Part shown: positions 8,561 through 18,399 of the stretch, piece after piece | Layout of the letters: every line of letters starts with the position of its first letter | Position numbering within the stretch: position 1 is the first letter of the stretch | NCBI GenBank assembly: GCA_032249395.1 | Contig: JAVVFY010000010.1 | Coordinates: 1 to 28,335 of the forward strand | Length of the DNA stretch: 28,335 nt | Source of the DNA: Candidatus Aenigmatarchaeota archaeon | GTDB lineage: Archaea > Aenigmatarchaeota > Aenigmatarchaeia > CG10238-14 > SpSt-28 | Direction: 5' to 3' | Position numbers and translations under genes: made by a program | Notes under the pieces: generated by a model | Told to the model about the DNA's origin: nothing | The model's input: only the letters and a program-made list of their open reading frames with translations | Databases searched by the model: none

Positions 8561-11500
8561 ATGAATAGGAAATATTTAAATAACTTGGTGCTTTTTATTA
8601 TTATATTAATCTTCATTAATTTATCTCCATCTTTTGGTTACACAGCTTATATTTTCCATGATGGAAAACACTACGATCACATACAAATGTTTATAGAGTT
8701 ATTCAAAAATAAGAGTTTCCAAGTTGAAGAAGGTACACATTTCCCCAATAATTTAACTAAGTATGATATTTTATTACTTGAATTCGATTTATATCAAGCT
8801 CCCACATTTGACTGGAAAGAAAACGAAACTCGTAACTACATTTTGAATGGTGGGATCTTCATAGGTGTTGGAGATGGGGGGATGCTAGCCTCTTTAGTGT
8901 TAACTAATTCCTCTATTTCTTATGGTTTGTGGGCATCCTCTCTTGATTCAGAAATATTATATAATAATTCTGTTTTATTCAAAGAATATTCCATAGGAGA
9001 TGTATTAAAATTGGGTAGCGCAGCAACTTACCATCTTACTTATGCTGAATCTCTTTCACCGACAACAATACCACTTTTAAAAATGATAGGAAACCAAAAA
9101 GTTGTAGCAATCACAAACGAGAAATTCAACGTATTTGGTTTTACATTGGGATGTGGTGGATGGGTGAATATTCCAAACTGTACATATGTTTATTCGTCTT
9201 TTATCGATACGATTCTTAACTTTAAACTTAAAAAATTCTCAACTTTCTCTCCTCTCAACAAAACCTACTTCACCACTTTACCCTATACACAAATCCCTCT
9301 GAACATTTCCCTTCATTCCCTAAATGAAACTTTCTACTTACAAATTTTCATTGATAACAATCTTTTCCTAAATCAAACATTCTACGAAGGGGCAATAATC
9401 AACGAAGAATTAAACCAATCAATTGGTTCTCATTGCATTTCAATTTATACAAACGCATCTAATGTAGAAAATCAAACTGTTTGCTATTCAATAGTTAGAG
9501 TTTTAGAAAAACCTCTTTTCATTGCTGATAAAGATTGGGAAAATATTGTTTCTCTAGCACCTTTAAAACAGCCAGTTTTGGTTTTTGATAATAACGAAAA
9601 GCAAATAAAGCATTTTATTGAACTCTTCAAACCACAACAAATCTTTCTTCTAGGAAACATTAGCTTAAGCATCAAAAATCATTCAACGATAAAAATTTCA
9701 AGAGAAGATTTGATTCAATTTTTCGAAAACAAAAGAGGAGTCTATGCTGACTCTCTGGAAAAATACATTTATGCTTCTCAAATAGCTTCTTTGCTAAACT
9801 TGCCAATAGTTTTTGAAAAAGAAAATTCAGTTTTAGATTTTTCTCAAAACTCAACAGAAGAAATAGAAGATTTTTATCTAAAGCTAGCAAAAGAAAAAGG
9901 AATCAACATTAATTACATCATACTCTCCAAGCCAATTGCTTACTCTTCAATAATTTCATCTTTAAGAAATGGCTTTATAGTTTTAACAAACTCAAACAAT
10001 GCAAGCGAGATAAAACAAATTTTAAAACAAAAAGTTTCAAAGTTGAATTCTTTTGGTTTTCTTTTTAACAACTCTCAAAACATTCTAAGAGGAAACTACT
10101 TGCTTTTAATTGGTTTGCCAAGTTTCGAAGTTGAAGATCCTGTAGAAAAACAAAAATTTTTAGGAATAATTCAAGCTGAAGATAAAGAAGATGGAGATAA
10201 ATTCATTTCAGATGTTCCATATGCTGACATAAACGACGATACTTATCTAGATTTTGCAATTGGAAGATTACCAGAAGATGAAAGCTTAGCTTCTCTAATT
10301 TTCTCAAGAGGATATTTAGATACTAACAGAAAAGCTTTGGTTGCAAGCGAATATTTGTACAATGACTACTTCTCTATTTTAGTCTATGGTGGGGGAGGAA
10401 TGCTAAACGCAAGGAACATTGCTGAAATTTTAGAAAAGAAAGGTTATGATGTTGGCAGATTAGTAGAGCAAAGAACAAACCACAAAGCTTTCTTAAGCCA
10501 ATTAAAAACTAGTGAAATCACAAAGTTCATTTTAACTTATGAAGGTTTGAAAAAAGTTTTAGAAAAGTATGTTTCTAAAAGTTTATCAACAGTTTTAGCT
10601 AACGTTTTGCTTTTCTTAAAAGGTTCTCAAATTGCAGGCGAAGCTTTGCAAACCTATTTTGAGTATGATTGGAGTACCTTTGGAGAAAATTATGAAGATG
10701 CTTTATATTATTTATCTCAAAAGGAAGCAAACAATGAAAGCATTAATTTAAATGATATCCTCGAAATAGTTGAAATGCTTTGGCCAAAACCTTGGCCAGA
10801 ATTAACAAGAGAAAATTTAATCGAAGAAATGCCAAAAGCTTCGATAATTTATTATGAAGGTTTAGGGAATGGAAGCTTATGGATTTTACCAAACAACTTC
10901 AAAGAAAACGGAGATATTTTAAGCTATAGCTTTTGGACTCAACAAATCACAAACTATCAATATAATGGAAGTAAAGTTTTTCTCCCAGAAGACATTCCCT
11001 TTATAAACGCAAGAATTGTTTGGGATAATTCTGATTTTGCAGCTTTGGGAAAAATGAAAGATAAGTTTTTAGAAAATGGGGCAGCAAGTTTTATTGGTGC
11101 TTCAGCTTTAAACTATGCTCCATTCAGTGGGGAAATTGACTCAAGATTTTTCTCAAGCGAAAACACAATTGGTAAAGCTTTAGTTTATGCGCTAAATTCT
11201 TTTCGCTCTGATTGGTTCACTTGGGACCCTTTCGACATAACAAAACCGGGAATAAAGAAAAAATCTTTGCTAGAATTTTTCCTGCTTGGAGATCCGTCAT
11301 TACCCAAAGAAGGAAAAGTTGAGCTAGAATATCAGAAAATTCTGTTTGATTGCAAAGAAAGCTGCGAACTAAAAGTTTTCATTCCCTTCAATTATACTTT
11401 CAAAAATGGAACGCTTGAATATGAATCTAGAGAAAACCTAGTTGAAGAAAACGAACCAATAATTCCAATAAAAAGGTTTGTTTATTATCTACCAGAAAAT

Positions 11501-12937
11501 GTTTCAGTTAACGAGGGAAATATCACGATAAGTTTTGATGAAGAGAAAATAGAAAACATAAGCTTGCCAAAAGTTAAATTGCTCTCTCACTCAAATTCAT
11601 CTCTAGAAACAAACAAAACAAAATCAACTACAAGAAAAAAATACAAAGTTAGAGTGAACAAAACAATTGACAATAGAAACGAAGTTGAAGTTATCATTCC
11701 AACTATAACTTATGACGAAGAAAATAGCTCAGCTACAATCATAAAAAACATAACAATAAGCTTGAAATATTCTTCTACTCTTGATTTTGATGTCAAGGCA
11801 AAAGATGTGAAACTTGGAGAAAAAGTTCCAATAAATTTGAAAATCTTTAGCAAAGTTTTCGATAATGCAACAATCTATATCGAAATCTCAAATTCCACTT
11901 ATACTTTCAACTTCACATTTAACGAAAGTTTAGAAAATTCAACTTTTGAAAAAATTTATGAATTTAAACCGGAAACTCCGGGAATTTACAGAGTTAGAGT
12001 AGTATTAGAAAAATGGGATCCATTAACTGTTGGTCCTAGGGAAACAACATTTGCTGTTTATGATAATGAAAATTCCAACAACTTGAATTTTTCTGATTCT
12101 ACAACTTGTACAGAACAAAAAGTCATAATAAACGAAATAATGTACAACCCTAAAGGAAGCGATAATGGAAGAGAATGGATAGAATTGTTTAATGCTGGAA
12201 ATTGCGAAGTCAATCTAACTGGTTGGAAGTTTTTTGAAAGCAACACAAATCATAAAATAACCCTAGTCTTTGGAAGCATTATACTGAAACCGAATCAATT
12301 TGCCATAATTTCAAACAATGCAACAAAATTCAAAGAAGAATATCCATCTGCTTCTTGTAGCATTTTCCAATCTTCATTTTCTTTGAGCAATATCGGTGAA
12401 ATCTTAGCAATCAAAAATTCTTCATTACAGATAATTGATTCGGTTAATTATTCTAGCTCCTGGGGTGCCAATGACAATGGAAAAAGCTTAGAGTTAAAGA
12501 ATGGAATTTGGGTTGAGAGTTATGTTGATGGCGGAACTCCTTGCATGCCAAATGATGATAAACCAACAGAAAGCAAAACAACAAAAAATGAGGCTATAAC
12601 TGGATTTGCTGCTTTGCCTTTTTTAAACAATACATTGAACGCAAGTTTGAACCTTTCCTCTAAACAAAACGCAACACTAACGGAAAATGAGACGAGTAAA
12701 AACATTACAAACAAAAATGAAACAAAGGGTGAAAAAAGCATCAACAAAACAAAGGAATCTTCCAAAAGTAAAAGTCCTCAGACGGGCTTATTTGGTTTTA
12801 TTACTTCAAATTCTGTTTTAATCATCATCCTTATTGCATCAATAACTTTGGGGGTTGGTAGCTTAGTTTTATTCAAAGTATTGAAATTTATACAAAATGA
12901 AAAGCCAAGCGGAAAAGCTAAAGGTAGCAAAAATTGA
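8561..12937 (+). CDS. Large membrane-anchored surface glycoprotein with a peptidase C25 (gingipain)-like domain, Ig-like segments and a lamin tail domain
   Basis: N-terminal signal peptide. C25 hallmarks SDVPYAD...AIGRLP, GAASFIGAS and LLGDPSL. Lamin tail domain VIINEIMYNP...EWIELFN...NLTGW...GTP. N/K/T/E-rich stalk, TG motif and C-terminal TM helix with a basic tail. About 49 N-x-S/T sequons by manual count. Confidence 0.8.
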   Translation: MNRKYLNNLVLFIIILIFINLSPSFGYTAYIFHDGKHYDHIQMFIELFKNKSFQVEEGTHFPNNLTKYDILLLEFDLYQAPTFDWKENETRNYILNGGIFIGVGDGGMLASLVLTNSSISYGLWASSLDSEILYNNSVLFKEYSIGDVLKLGSAATYHLTYAESLSPTTIPLLKMIGNQKVVAITNEKFNVFGFTLGCGGWVNIPNCTYVYSSFIDTILNFKLKKFSTFSPLNKTYFTTLPYTQIPLNISLHSLNETFYLQIFIDNNLFLNQTFYEGAIINEELNQSIGSHCISIYTNASNVENQTVCYSIVRVLEKPLFIADKDWENIVSLAPLKQPVLVFDNNEKQIKHFIELFKPQQIFLLGNISLSIKNHSTIKISREDLIQFFENKRGVYADSLEKYIYASQIASLLNLPIVFEKENSVLDFSQNSTEEIEDFYLKLAKEKGININYIILSKPIAYSSIISSLRNGFIVLTNSNNASEIKQILKQKVSKLNSFGFLFNNSQNILRGNYLLLIGLPSFEVEDPVEKQKFLGIIQAEDKEDGDKFISDVPYADINDDTYLDFAIGRLPEDESLASLIFSRGYLDTNRKALVASEYLYNDYFSILVYGGGGMLNARNIAEILEKKGYDVGRLVEQRTNHKAFLSQLKTSEITKFILTYEGLKKVLEKYVSKSLSTVLANVLLFLKGSQIAGEALQTYFEYDWSTFGENYEDALYYLSQKEANNESINLNDILEIVEMLWPKPWPELTRENLIEEMPKASIIYYEGLGNGSLWILPNNFKENGDILSYSFWTQQITNYQYNGSKVFLPEDIPFINARIVWDNSDFAALGKMKDKFLENGAASFIGASALNYAPFSGEIDSRFFSSENTIGKALVYALNSFRSDWFTWDPFDITKPGIKKKSLLEFFLLGDPSLPKEGKVELEYQKILFDCKESCELKVFIPFNYTFKNGTLEYESRENLVEENEPIIPIKRFVYYLPENVSVNEGNITISFDEEKIENISLPKVKLLSHSNSSLETNKTKSTTRKKYKVRVNKTIDNRNEVEVIIPTITYDEENSSATIIKNITISLKYSSTLDFDVKAKDVKLGEKVPINLKIFSKVFDNATIYIEISNSTYTFNFTFNESLENSTFEKIYEFKPETPGIYRVRVVLEKWDPLTVGPRETTFAVYDNENSNNLNFSDSTTCTEQKVIINEIMYNPKGSDNGREWIELFNAGNCEVNLTGWKFFESNTNHKITLVFGSIILKPNQFAIISNNATKFKEEYPSASCSIFQSSFSLSNIGEILAIKNSSLQIIDSVNYSSSWGANDNGKSLELKNGIWVESYVDGGTPCMPNDDKPTESKTTKNEAITGFAALPFLNNTLNASLNLSSKQNATLTENETSKNITNKNETKGEKSINKTKESSKSKSPQTGLFGFITSNSVLIIILIASITLGVGSLVLFKVLKFIQNEKPSGKAKGSKN

Positions 12938-12983
12938 CAGTGAAATGTCAAAAAATGCTTAAAAATTGACATTCAAATATCAA
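12934..12983 (+). promoter_or_regulatory. Tandem palindromic operators flanking the TATA box of the ATPase gene
   Basis: TTGACA-gtgaaa-TGTCAA (12934-12951) and TTGACA-ttcaaa-TATCAA (12966-12983), 32 bp apart, with CTTAAAAA (12958-12965) between them. ATG at 12986. Confidence 0.7.
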
Positions 12984-12985
12984 AA

Positions 12986-14296
12986 ATGGTAGAAGTTGAG
13001 GTTTTAAAAGAGCAAAACCCTTGGTGGATTTCTAGAGATAAAATTCTTGAAGACGAAAAAGTGAAAAATGCATTGGAGAAAAAACACAAGCTTCTCTACT
13101 CTTTTGAAGAAAGCAAAAACAAGATAATAATTGGGCCTAGGCAAACTGGTAAAACAACTTACCTAAAACTTCTTATTTATGATTTGCTGACCAACAAGAA
13201 AGTTGAAGAAAAAAGAGTTTTTTATTTTAGTTGCGAAATTCTCAAAAATTTTGAAGAAATAATTGATGTTTTAAGAAGGCTTGATTTTCTTGTAGAAGGG
13301 CAAAAGTATGTTTTCCTTGATGAAGTTGGGTTTGTAGAAAATTGGGAAAGAGCAATAAAATATATTTTAGATTCAAACCTATCAAAAGATAAAGTTATCT
13401 ACATAACTGGCTCTTCTTCTTTAAACTTAAGAAAAGAAAGTTTTCCTGGAAGGAACATTGAAATAAAAAAATTTCTTCCTTTAACATTCAAAGAGTTTTG
13501 CAAAATTTTTGGAAGCGATGAATTAAAAAACAAGCTTAATTTTTCCACAAATTTTGAAAGCGCAAAAGAAATTTTTGATGCTGCTAAGAATCTAATTCTG
13601 CTTAAAGATGAAATAGATAAACTTTTCTACAAGTTTTTGGAATGTGGAGGTTTTCCAAGAGCTTTTTATGAGCTAATTGAAGAAGGAAGAATAAAAGAAG
13701 AGACTTATGAAATTTATTGGAAATGGTTAATTCATGACATAGCAAAAATTGAGAAAAGTGAAAAAATTGCTTCTTCAATTTTAGCTGGAGTTTTAAAAAA
13801 TTATGCGTCAAAGTTTTCTCTATCATCCATAGCAAAAGAAATGGAAATAGGTTCTCATGTTACGGCAAGAGAATATTTGGAAATTCTTGAAAATCTATTC
13901 GTAATTAGAAATTTTTACACTTTTGATCCTTACAAGGAGAGAATAGTTTATAGAAAAATGAGAAAAGTGTATTTCATCGATCCATTTTTATTCCACGTTG
14001 TAAATAGGAAGGTTTTTGGTAAAAGTAAAGTTGATGATTTAAGTAAGCTTGTAGAAGGAGTAGTGGTAGAAGAGCTAAGTAGAAAGATGGAACATATTGG
14101 TTTTTATCACAACAAAAAAGAGGTTGATATTGTTTTCAAAAATTTTGGAATAGAAGTAAAATGGCAGGAAAAAGTTGATTTCAGAGACTTTCCAAATATT
14201 GAATTAAAAAACAAAATATTGTTATCAAAAGATGATTTCAACTTGAAAGAAAATTTTTTAATCATTCCCACCACTATTTTTCTCTTACTACTATGA
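12986..14296 (+). CDS. AAA+ ATPase (AAA_14 plus DUF4143 type) with an HTH-like segment and a C-terminal PD-(D/E)XK-like motif
   Basis: NPWW, Walker A GPRQTGKTT, Walker B VFLDEV, ITGSSS, GGFP, KVYFIDP and EVDIV...IEVKW. Confidence 0.9.
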   Translation: MVEVEVLKEQNPWWISRDKILEDEKVKNALEKKHKLLYSFEESKNKIIIGPRQTGKTTYLKLLIYDLLTNKKVEEKRVFYFSCEILKNFEEIIDVLRRLDFLVEGQKYVFLDEVGFVENWERAIKYILDSNLSKDKVIYITGSSSLNLRKESFPGRNIEIKKFLPLTFKEFCKIFGSDELKNKLNFSTNFESAKEIFDAAKNLILLKDEIDKLFYKFLECGGFPRAFYELIEEGRIKEETYEIYWKWLIHDIAKIEKSEKIASSILAGVLKNYASKFSLSSIAKEMEIGSHVTAREYLEILENLFVIRNFYTFDPYKERIVYRKMRKVYFIDPFLFHVVNRKVFGKSKVDDLSKLVEGVVVEELSRKMEHIGFYHNKKEVDIVFKNFGIEVKWQEKVDFRDFPNIELKNKILLSKDDFNLKENFLIIPTTIFLLLL

Positions 14297-14350
14297 ATGT
14301 AGCACTGTCTTTCGTTGAGCAGATTTCTAGAGTGAAATTTATAAGACAAA

Positions 14351-14378
14351 TGTAATACGTATTACACTTGTATATAAA
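14351..14378 (-). promoter_or_regulatory. Orphan TATA box plus a perfect 16-bp palindrome
   Basis: TGTAATACGTATTACA (14351-14366) lies 4 nt downstream of minus-strand TTTATATA (14371-14378). A TTG follows at 14349. Confidence 0.6.
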
Positions 14379-14506
14379 CTTTGTCATAAGTTAGCTATAA
14401 GATACTTTCAAGATTACGAGATTTTTTGCTGGGACTTTGATTTTTGAACATCTAAAAAATTTCACTCGAACGTTCTACATTTAAAAACGTCTGAAATAGA
14501 TAATCT

Positions 14507-15526
14507 ATGATAGAAATATTAGCATCTGTAATCATTTCTGCTCTTTCTACATTTTTCATCACACCATATGCTATTAGATACTTCAGACTCGTTGGTCTTT
14601 TAACGACTGACGTTCACAAGAAAAATAAACCATTAGTTCCAAATTCTGCTGGAGTGCCAGTTGTTGCGGGAATAATAGCAGGTTTGTTAGTTTATACCTT
14701 CATAACTGTTTTTATTCGCCAAGAATCCTCTCAACTGGTATATCTTTTTGCATCAATCACAAGCATACTTATAATAATGTTCTCTGGTTTTCTTGATGAT
14801 TTAAACTCTAGACAAGTTAAAGTTGCTGGCCATATAGAAGGTAAACAAGGATTGAAAGCTTGGCAAAAACCCTTATTAACTCTACCTGCTGCTTTTCCAC
14901 TAATGGCTATAATGGCTGGTAATACTACAATGAATTTACCATTCATAGGAACTGTAGATTTTGGAATTTTGTATCCATTGGTAATAGTTCCAATTGGAGT
15001 AGTTGGCGCGGCGAACATGGTGAATCTTCTCGGTGGATACAACTTTTTGGAAGCAGGAATGGGTTTAATTTACACTCTTTCTCTTGGAATATACGCTTAT
15101 TTGCATGGAAGCATTGTAGCTTCAGTAATTTTCTTAACAACTTTTGGTGCTTTGCTTGGAATAGCAAAATACAATTTTTATCCTGCAAAAATTCTTTCTG
15201 GCGATAGTCTAACTTATACTTTAGGAGCTGTTGTTGCTGTTGGAGCAATAGTTGGGAATATGGAGAAGGTTGCAGTAATAACAATGATACCATTTGTCAT
15301 TCAAGGAATTCTAAAGTTTTACTCAAGATTTAAACTTGGGAGGTTTGCCTCAGATCTCGGAATTTTACAAAAAGATGGAACAATAAAGCCAAAGTATGGT
15401 AAACAAATTTACTCTTGGATTCATTTAATAACAAACTTATGTAATTTAAACGAAAAACAAATTGTTTTTGTTATGATGATGATTCAAGCCATCTTTTCTT
15501 TGATTCCTTTCTTGGGAATTCTATAA
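14507..15526 (+). CDS. aglH: UDP-GlcNAc:dolichyl-phosphate GlcNAc-1-phosphotransferase (AglH/Alg7-like, PNPT family)
   Basis: DVHK..KPLVP, GFLDDL, NMVNLLGGYNFLEAG, NFYPAKILSGD and about 10 TM helices. Confidence 0.82.
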   Translation: MIEILASVIISALSTFFITPYAIRYFRLVGLLTTDVHKKNKPLVPNSAGVPVVAGIIAGLLVYTFITVFIRQESSQLVYLFASITSILIIMFSGFLDDLNSRQVKVAGHIEGKQGLKAWQKPLLTLPAAFPLMAIMAGNTTMNLPFIGTVDFGILYPLVIVPIGVVGAANMVNLLGGYNFLEAGMGLIYTLSLGIYAYLHGSIVASVIFLTTFGALLGIAKYNFYPAKILSGDSLTYTLGAVVAVGAIVGNMEKVAVITMIPFVIQGILKFYSRFKLGRFASDLGILQKDGTIKPKYGKQIYSWIHLITNLCNLNEKQIVFVMMMIQAIFSLIPFLGIL

Positions 15527-15531
15527 AAATT

Positions 15532-16782
15532 CTAGTGAATACCTAAAGCTAAATCTAAAAAGTTAATAGCTTCTATATTTTCAGTTTTTCTAGTTTCACC
15601 ATTGTAGAAAAGCCTTGCTTTTTTAACTTTGAACTTTTCCATGAAGTAAGAAATTGTATCGAGATTTTTAAATTCTTCTTCACTCCTAACTTCTACAGAA
15701 ACAATCTCTCTGTTTTCTTTCAAAATAAAATCAATTTCTCTATCCTTTCCCCTCCAATAATATTTTGCATTAAGTTGCTGAGCCACGAAAGTTTCAAAAA
15801 CCTTACCCATATCTGGAAATGGTTTAAAGATGAAAATGAAAGCTGGAATGTATGGATAAACTTTTCTCAATTTTCTTGAAGCGAGCATTTTAGATGGTCT
15901 AAAATTTTTTACAACTCTAATTAACTTGGAAAATTCTAGGTAAAAAATGTGTTTTGAAATTTCTTCTTTTCTTTTTTTAAGAGTAGAAGAAAGAGAATCT
16001 ATATTCAAAATCATTCCTGGATTCGAGAAGAAAATTTCAACAAGCTCTTCTAGTAAATTGCTATCAAAATCTTCAAGAATATCTGGCGAATCGCTTTTTA
16101 TAATCTTTGAAACAACAATCTCGCCTATGTATTCAACTATTCTGGAAAAGTCATTCCATTTGACTATTTCTGGAAAAGGTTTCTTCAAATATTCCTTGAG
16201 TTCGAATTTTAATTCCCTCTTAAAAATTTGAACATTATCAATATTCTTTCCGTATTTTAACTCGAAAAATTCCTTTATGATAAAGGTGGAATCTCTTTAA
16301 GGAAATATCTTCCTGCTAGATTGTCTTTTGCTTCTTTTTCCAATTCAAAAGAAGCCGAGCCATAAACAACAAATTTTATGTTCGGAAAATTATCATAAAG
16401 CTGTTTCAACTACAAGCTATAGCCCTTAAGTTTTTGTATCTCATCCAAAAACACAAAAATTTTTTCTCTTTCCCAGTTAACACTCGTTACACTTCTAAAA
16501 GCATCCAAAATTTTAATCAAATCTTCTTCTTTCCTTATATCAAAGGAAAAATACAATATTTTATTTGGATTTTCTCCTTTCCTTAACAAATGATCTACCA
16601 ATTGAAACATTATCGTTGATTTTTCCAACACTTCTTAAACCTGAAAGAATTAGAATTTGTCTATATTCATTAAAAGTCTTTAGAACCGCCTCAAAAATCT
16701 TCCTTTTATAAGGTAAAGCTTTCTCTTAGCTAATCTTTCCTTCTCTTCACCAACTGTTAATCAAAGACAAAAATTCTTCTAT
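15532..16782 (-). pseudogene. Full-length but multiply disrupted AAA_14/DUF4143 ATPase
   Basis: Reconstruction: EEFLSLINSW*REGKIS*EKALPYKR...LSGLRSVGK/STIMFQ...VFLDEIQ...SL*LKQLYD...GSAS...LAGR...PLS/KEFF...PFPE...EIDFI. Stops at 16747-49, 16726-28 and 16410-12; frameshifts near 16620 and 16277. It joins track ORFs 16410..16631 and 15532..16188. Confidence 0.88.
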
Positions 16783-16811
16783 TAGTTCATTTCTTGGAAC
16801 TAATATTTAAA
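16780..16811 (-). promoter_or_regulatory. TATA box plus palindromic operator of the ATPase pseudogene
   Basis: TATTAGTTC-N8-GAACTAATA (16780-16805) abuts minus-strand TTTAAATA (16804-16811). The presumed start position (ATA) is 16782. Confidence 0.6.
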
Positions 16812-16884
16812 TTTTTTGTACAAAAATGGGATCGAATGTATTTGCATATCTTCCATTTTTAATTTCCTAAAAAAATTAAAGATA

Positions 16885-18396
16885 ATGTCTGTGAGAAAGA
16901 AATTAATATCTAATACGACATACCTTTTCCTTGATTGGTTTACAGTTACACTATTAGGGTTTTTCTATTGGTTTATAGCTGGTAAGACTCTACAACCAGA
17001 AGAATACGGAATTGTTTCTACTGTAGTAAATTTTGCTATATTTCTTTCGACTCTTTCCCTACTTGGAATAAATACGGCACTATGGAAACTTATATCTGAA
17101 AATGAAGCAAAAAAAGATGTAGGAAAAATAAAATCACTGATAAAGTTTTCCTACCAAATTATCTTGCTAACAAACCTTCTAATTTTAACTCTATTTTTAT
17201 TTTTTAACGATTTTATTGCCTCAACTCTGAAAATACCTCAGACTGCCAGTATACTAATTCCATTCGCTACGCTATCATTGACGCTTGCTTCTCTCTCAGG
17301 TTCAATAATTTATGCCTTCCAAAAAATGAAATTATATTTTTTAACCGACATATTTGGAGTTTTAGTAAAAGACATACTAGCAATATTTCTGATATTTCTG
17401 GGTTTCAGGTATTTTGGGCTAATAACTGGTTTCATTGTCTGTTATTACCTTATATTTATCTTAAGGATTATTAGTATAAGATTGAAAGGAAAATATTCGA
17501 AAATAGATAAAAAAGAAATTTTGTTTGAATATGCGTTGCCTGCCTTCATCTCTAGCTTAGCTTGGAGCATCTTTTCTAGCGGACAGTATGCTTTGCTTTC
17601 TATAATTCAAGATACTAAAGCTACTGGAATTTATACTGTTGCATTAATAATGACAATTCCAATAATAGCATTGCCAAACACATTATCTTCAGCTTTATTA
17701 CCAATAGTCTCGTCCCTTTCAACAAACACTAAAACAAAAAGCCAGCAAAAACGATTGATAGAACTAGTAGCAAGATATTCATTTTTCTTTTCTTTGCCAA
17801 CAGCCCTCTTTTTGATAATCTTTTCGAAACAAGTTATAGTAATCTTTTCAAGCGAGAAATATCTAGAAGCGAGTAGTCTATTTCCAATTTTAGCAATTGC
17901 TTCTGTTATTTATGGCTTGGGAAATTTATTTCTGTCGAACTTGTATGCTATAGGAAAAACTAAATTGAATAGAAATATTGTTTTGCTAACTGTAGCTATT
18001 TTTCTTACTCTTGTTTATCCGTTAACAAAAATCTACTCAGCTATTGGTATGTCAATATCTTATTTCACATCAATTCTAGTTCTTTCAATCATTAGCTATT
18101 CTTACATAAAAAAATTCTTGAGAGTCGAAATGCCAAAAAAAGATTTTACAAAAATTTTAATCTCTTCGCTTATATCATTTGTTTTCCTTTATTTAACAAC
18201 AAAAATCACTTATGGTATTTTAATTGATTTCATTTTGATAGCTTTTGCTGGAGCTATTTATCTTTTTACATTAGCCTTGTTAAAGTTCTATAAGAGAGAG
18301 GATGTAAAGATTTTGGAATTTTTTGAAGAAAGAACACCTTTCTTAAAGAAAAGTATTCGAAACCTCAAAAATTTTTTGGAGAAATTTATCGAATAA
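16885..18396 (+). CDS. Oligosaccharide flippase (Wzx/MOP superfamily)
   Basis: Start moved to MSVRKKLISNT (ATG 16885). L.PEEYG, TGIY..A and LLP.VS motifs, about 14 TM helices. Confidence 0.88.
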   Translation: MSVRKKLISNTTYLFLDWFTVTLLGFFYWFIAGKTLQPEEYGIVSTVVNFAIFLSTLSLLGINTALWKLISENEAKKDVGKIKSLIKFSYQIILLTNLLILTLFLFFNDFIASTLKIPQTASILIPFATLSLTLASLSGSIIYAFQKMKLYFLTDIFGVLVKDILAIFLIFLGFRYFGLITGFIVCYYLIFILRIISIRLKGKYSKIDKKEILFEYALPAFISSLAWSIFSSGQYALLSIIQDTKATGIYTVALIMTIPIIALPNTLSSALLPIVSSLSTNTKTKSQQKRLIELVARYSFFFSLPTALFLIIFSKQVIVIFSSEKYLEASSLFPILAIASVIYGLGNLFLSNLYAIGKTKLNRNIVLLTVAIFLTLVYPLTKIYSAIGMSISYFTSILVLSIISYSYIKKFLRVEMPKKDFTKILISSLISFVFLYLTTKITYGILIDFILIAFAGAIYLFTLALLKFYKREDVKILEFFEERTPFLKKSIRNLKNFLEKFIE

Positions 18397-18399
18397 AAG

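Noticed and set aside
12934..12971. TTGACA as a bacterial sigma70 -35 box
   Set aside because: The context is archaeal, and both copies are arms of inverted repeats, which fits operators better.
14507..15526. MraY (peptidoglycan synthesis) call
   Set aside because: The motifs and neighbourhood fit AglH/Alg7, and no mur genes are present.
16410..16631. Independent 73-aa gene
   Set aside because: It is an internal fragment of the ATPase pseudogene at 15532-16782.
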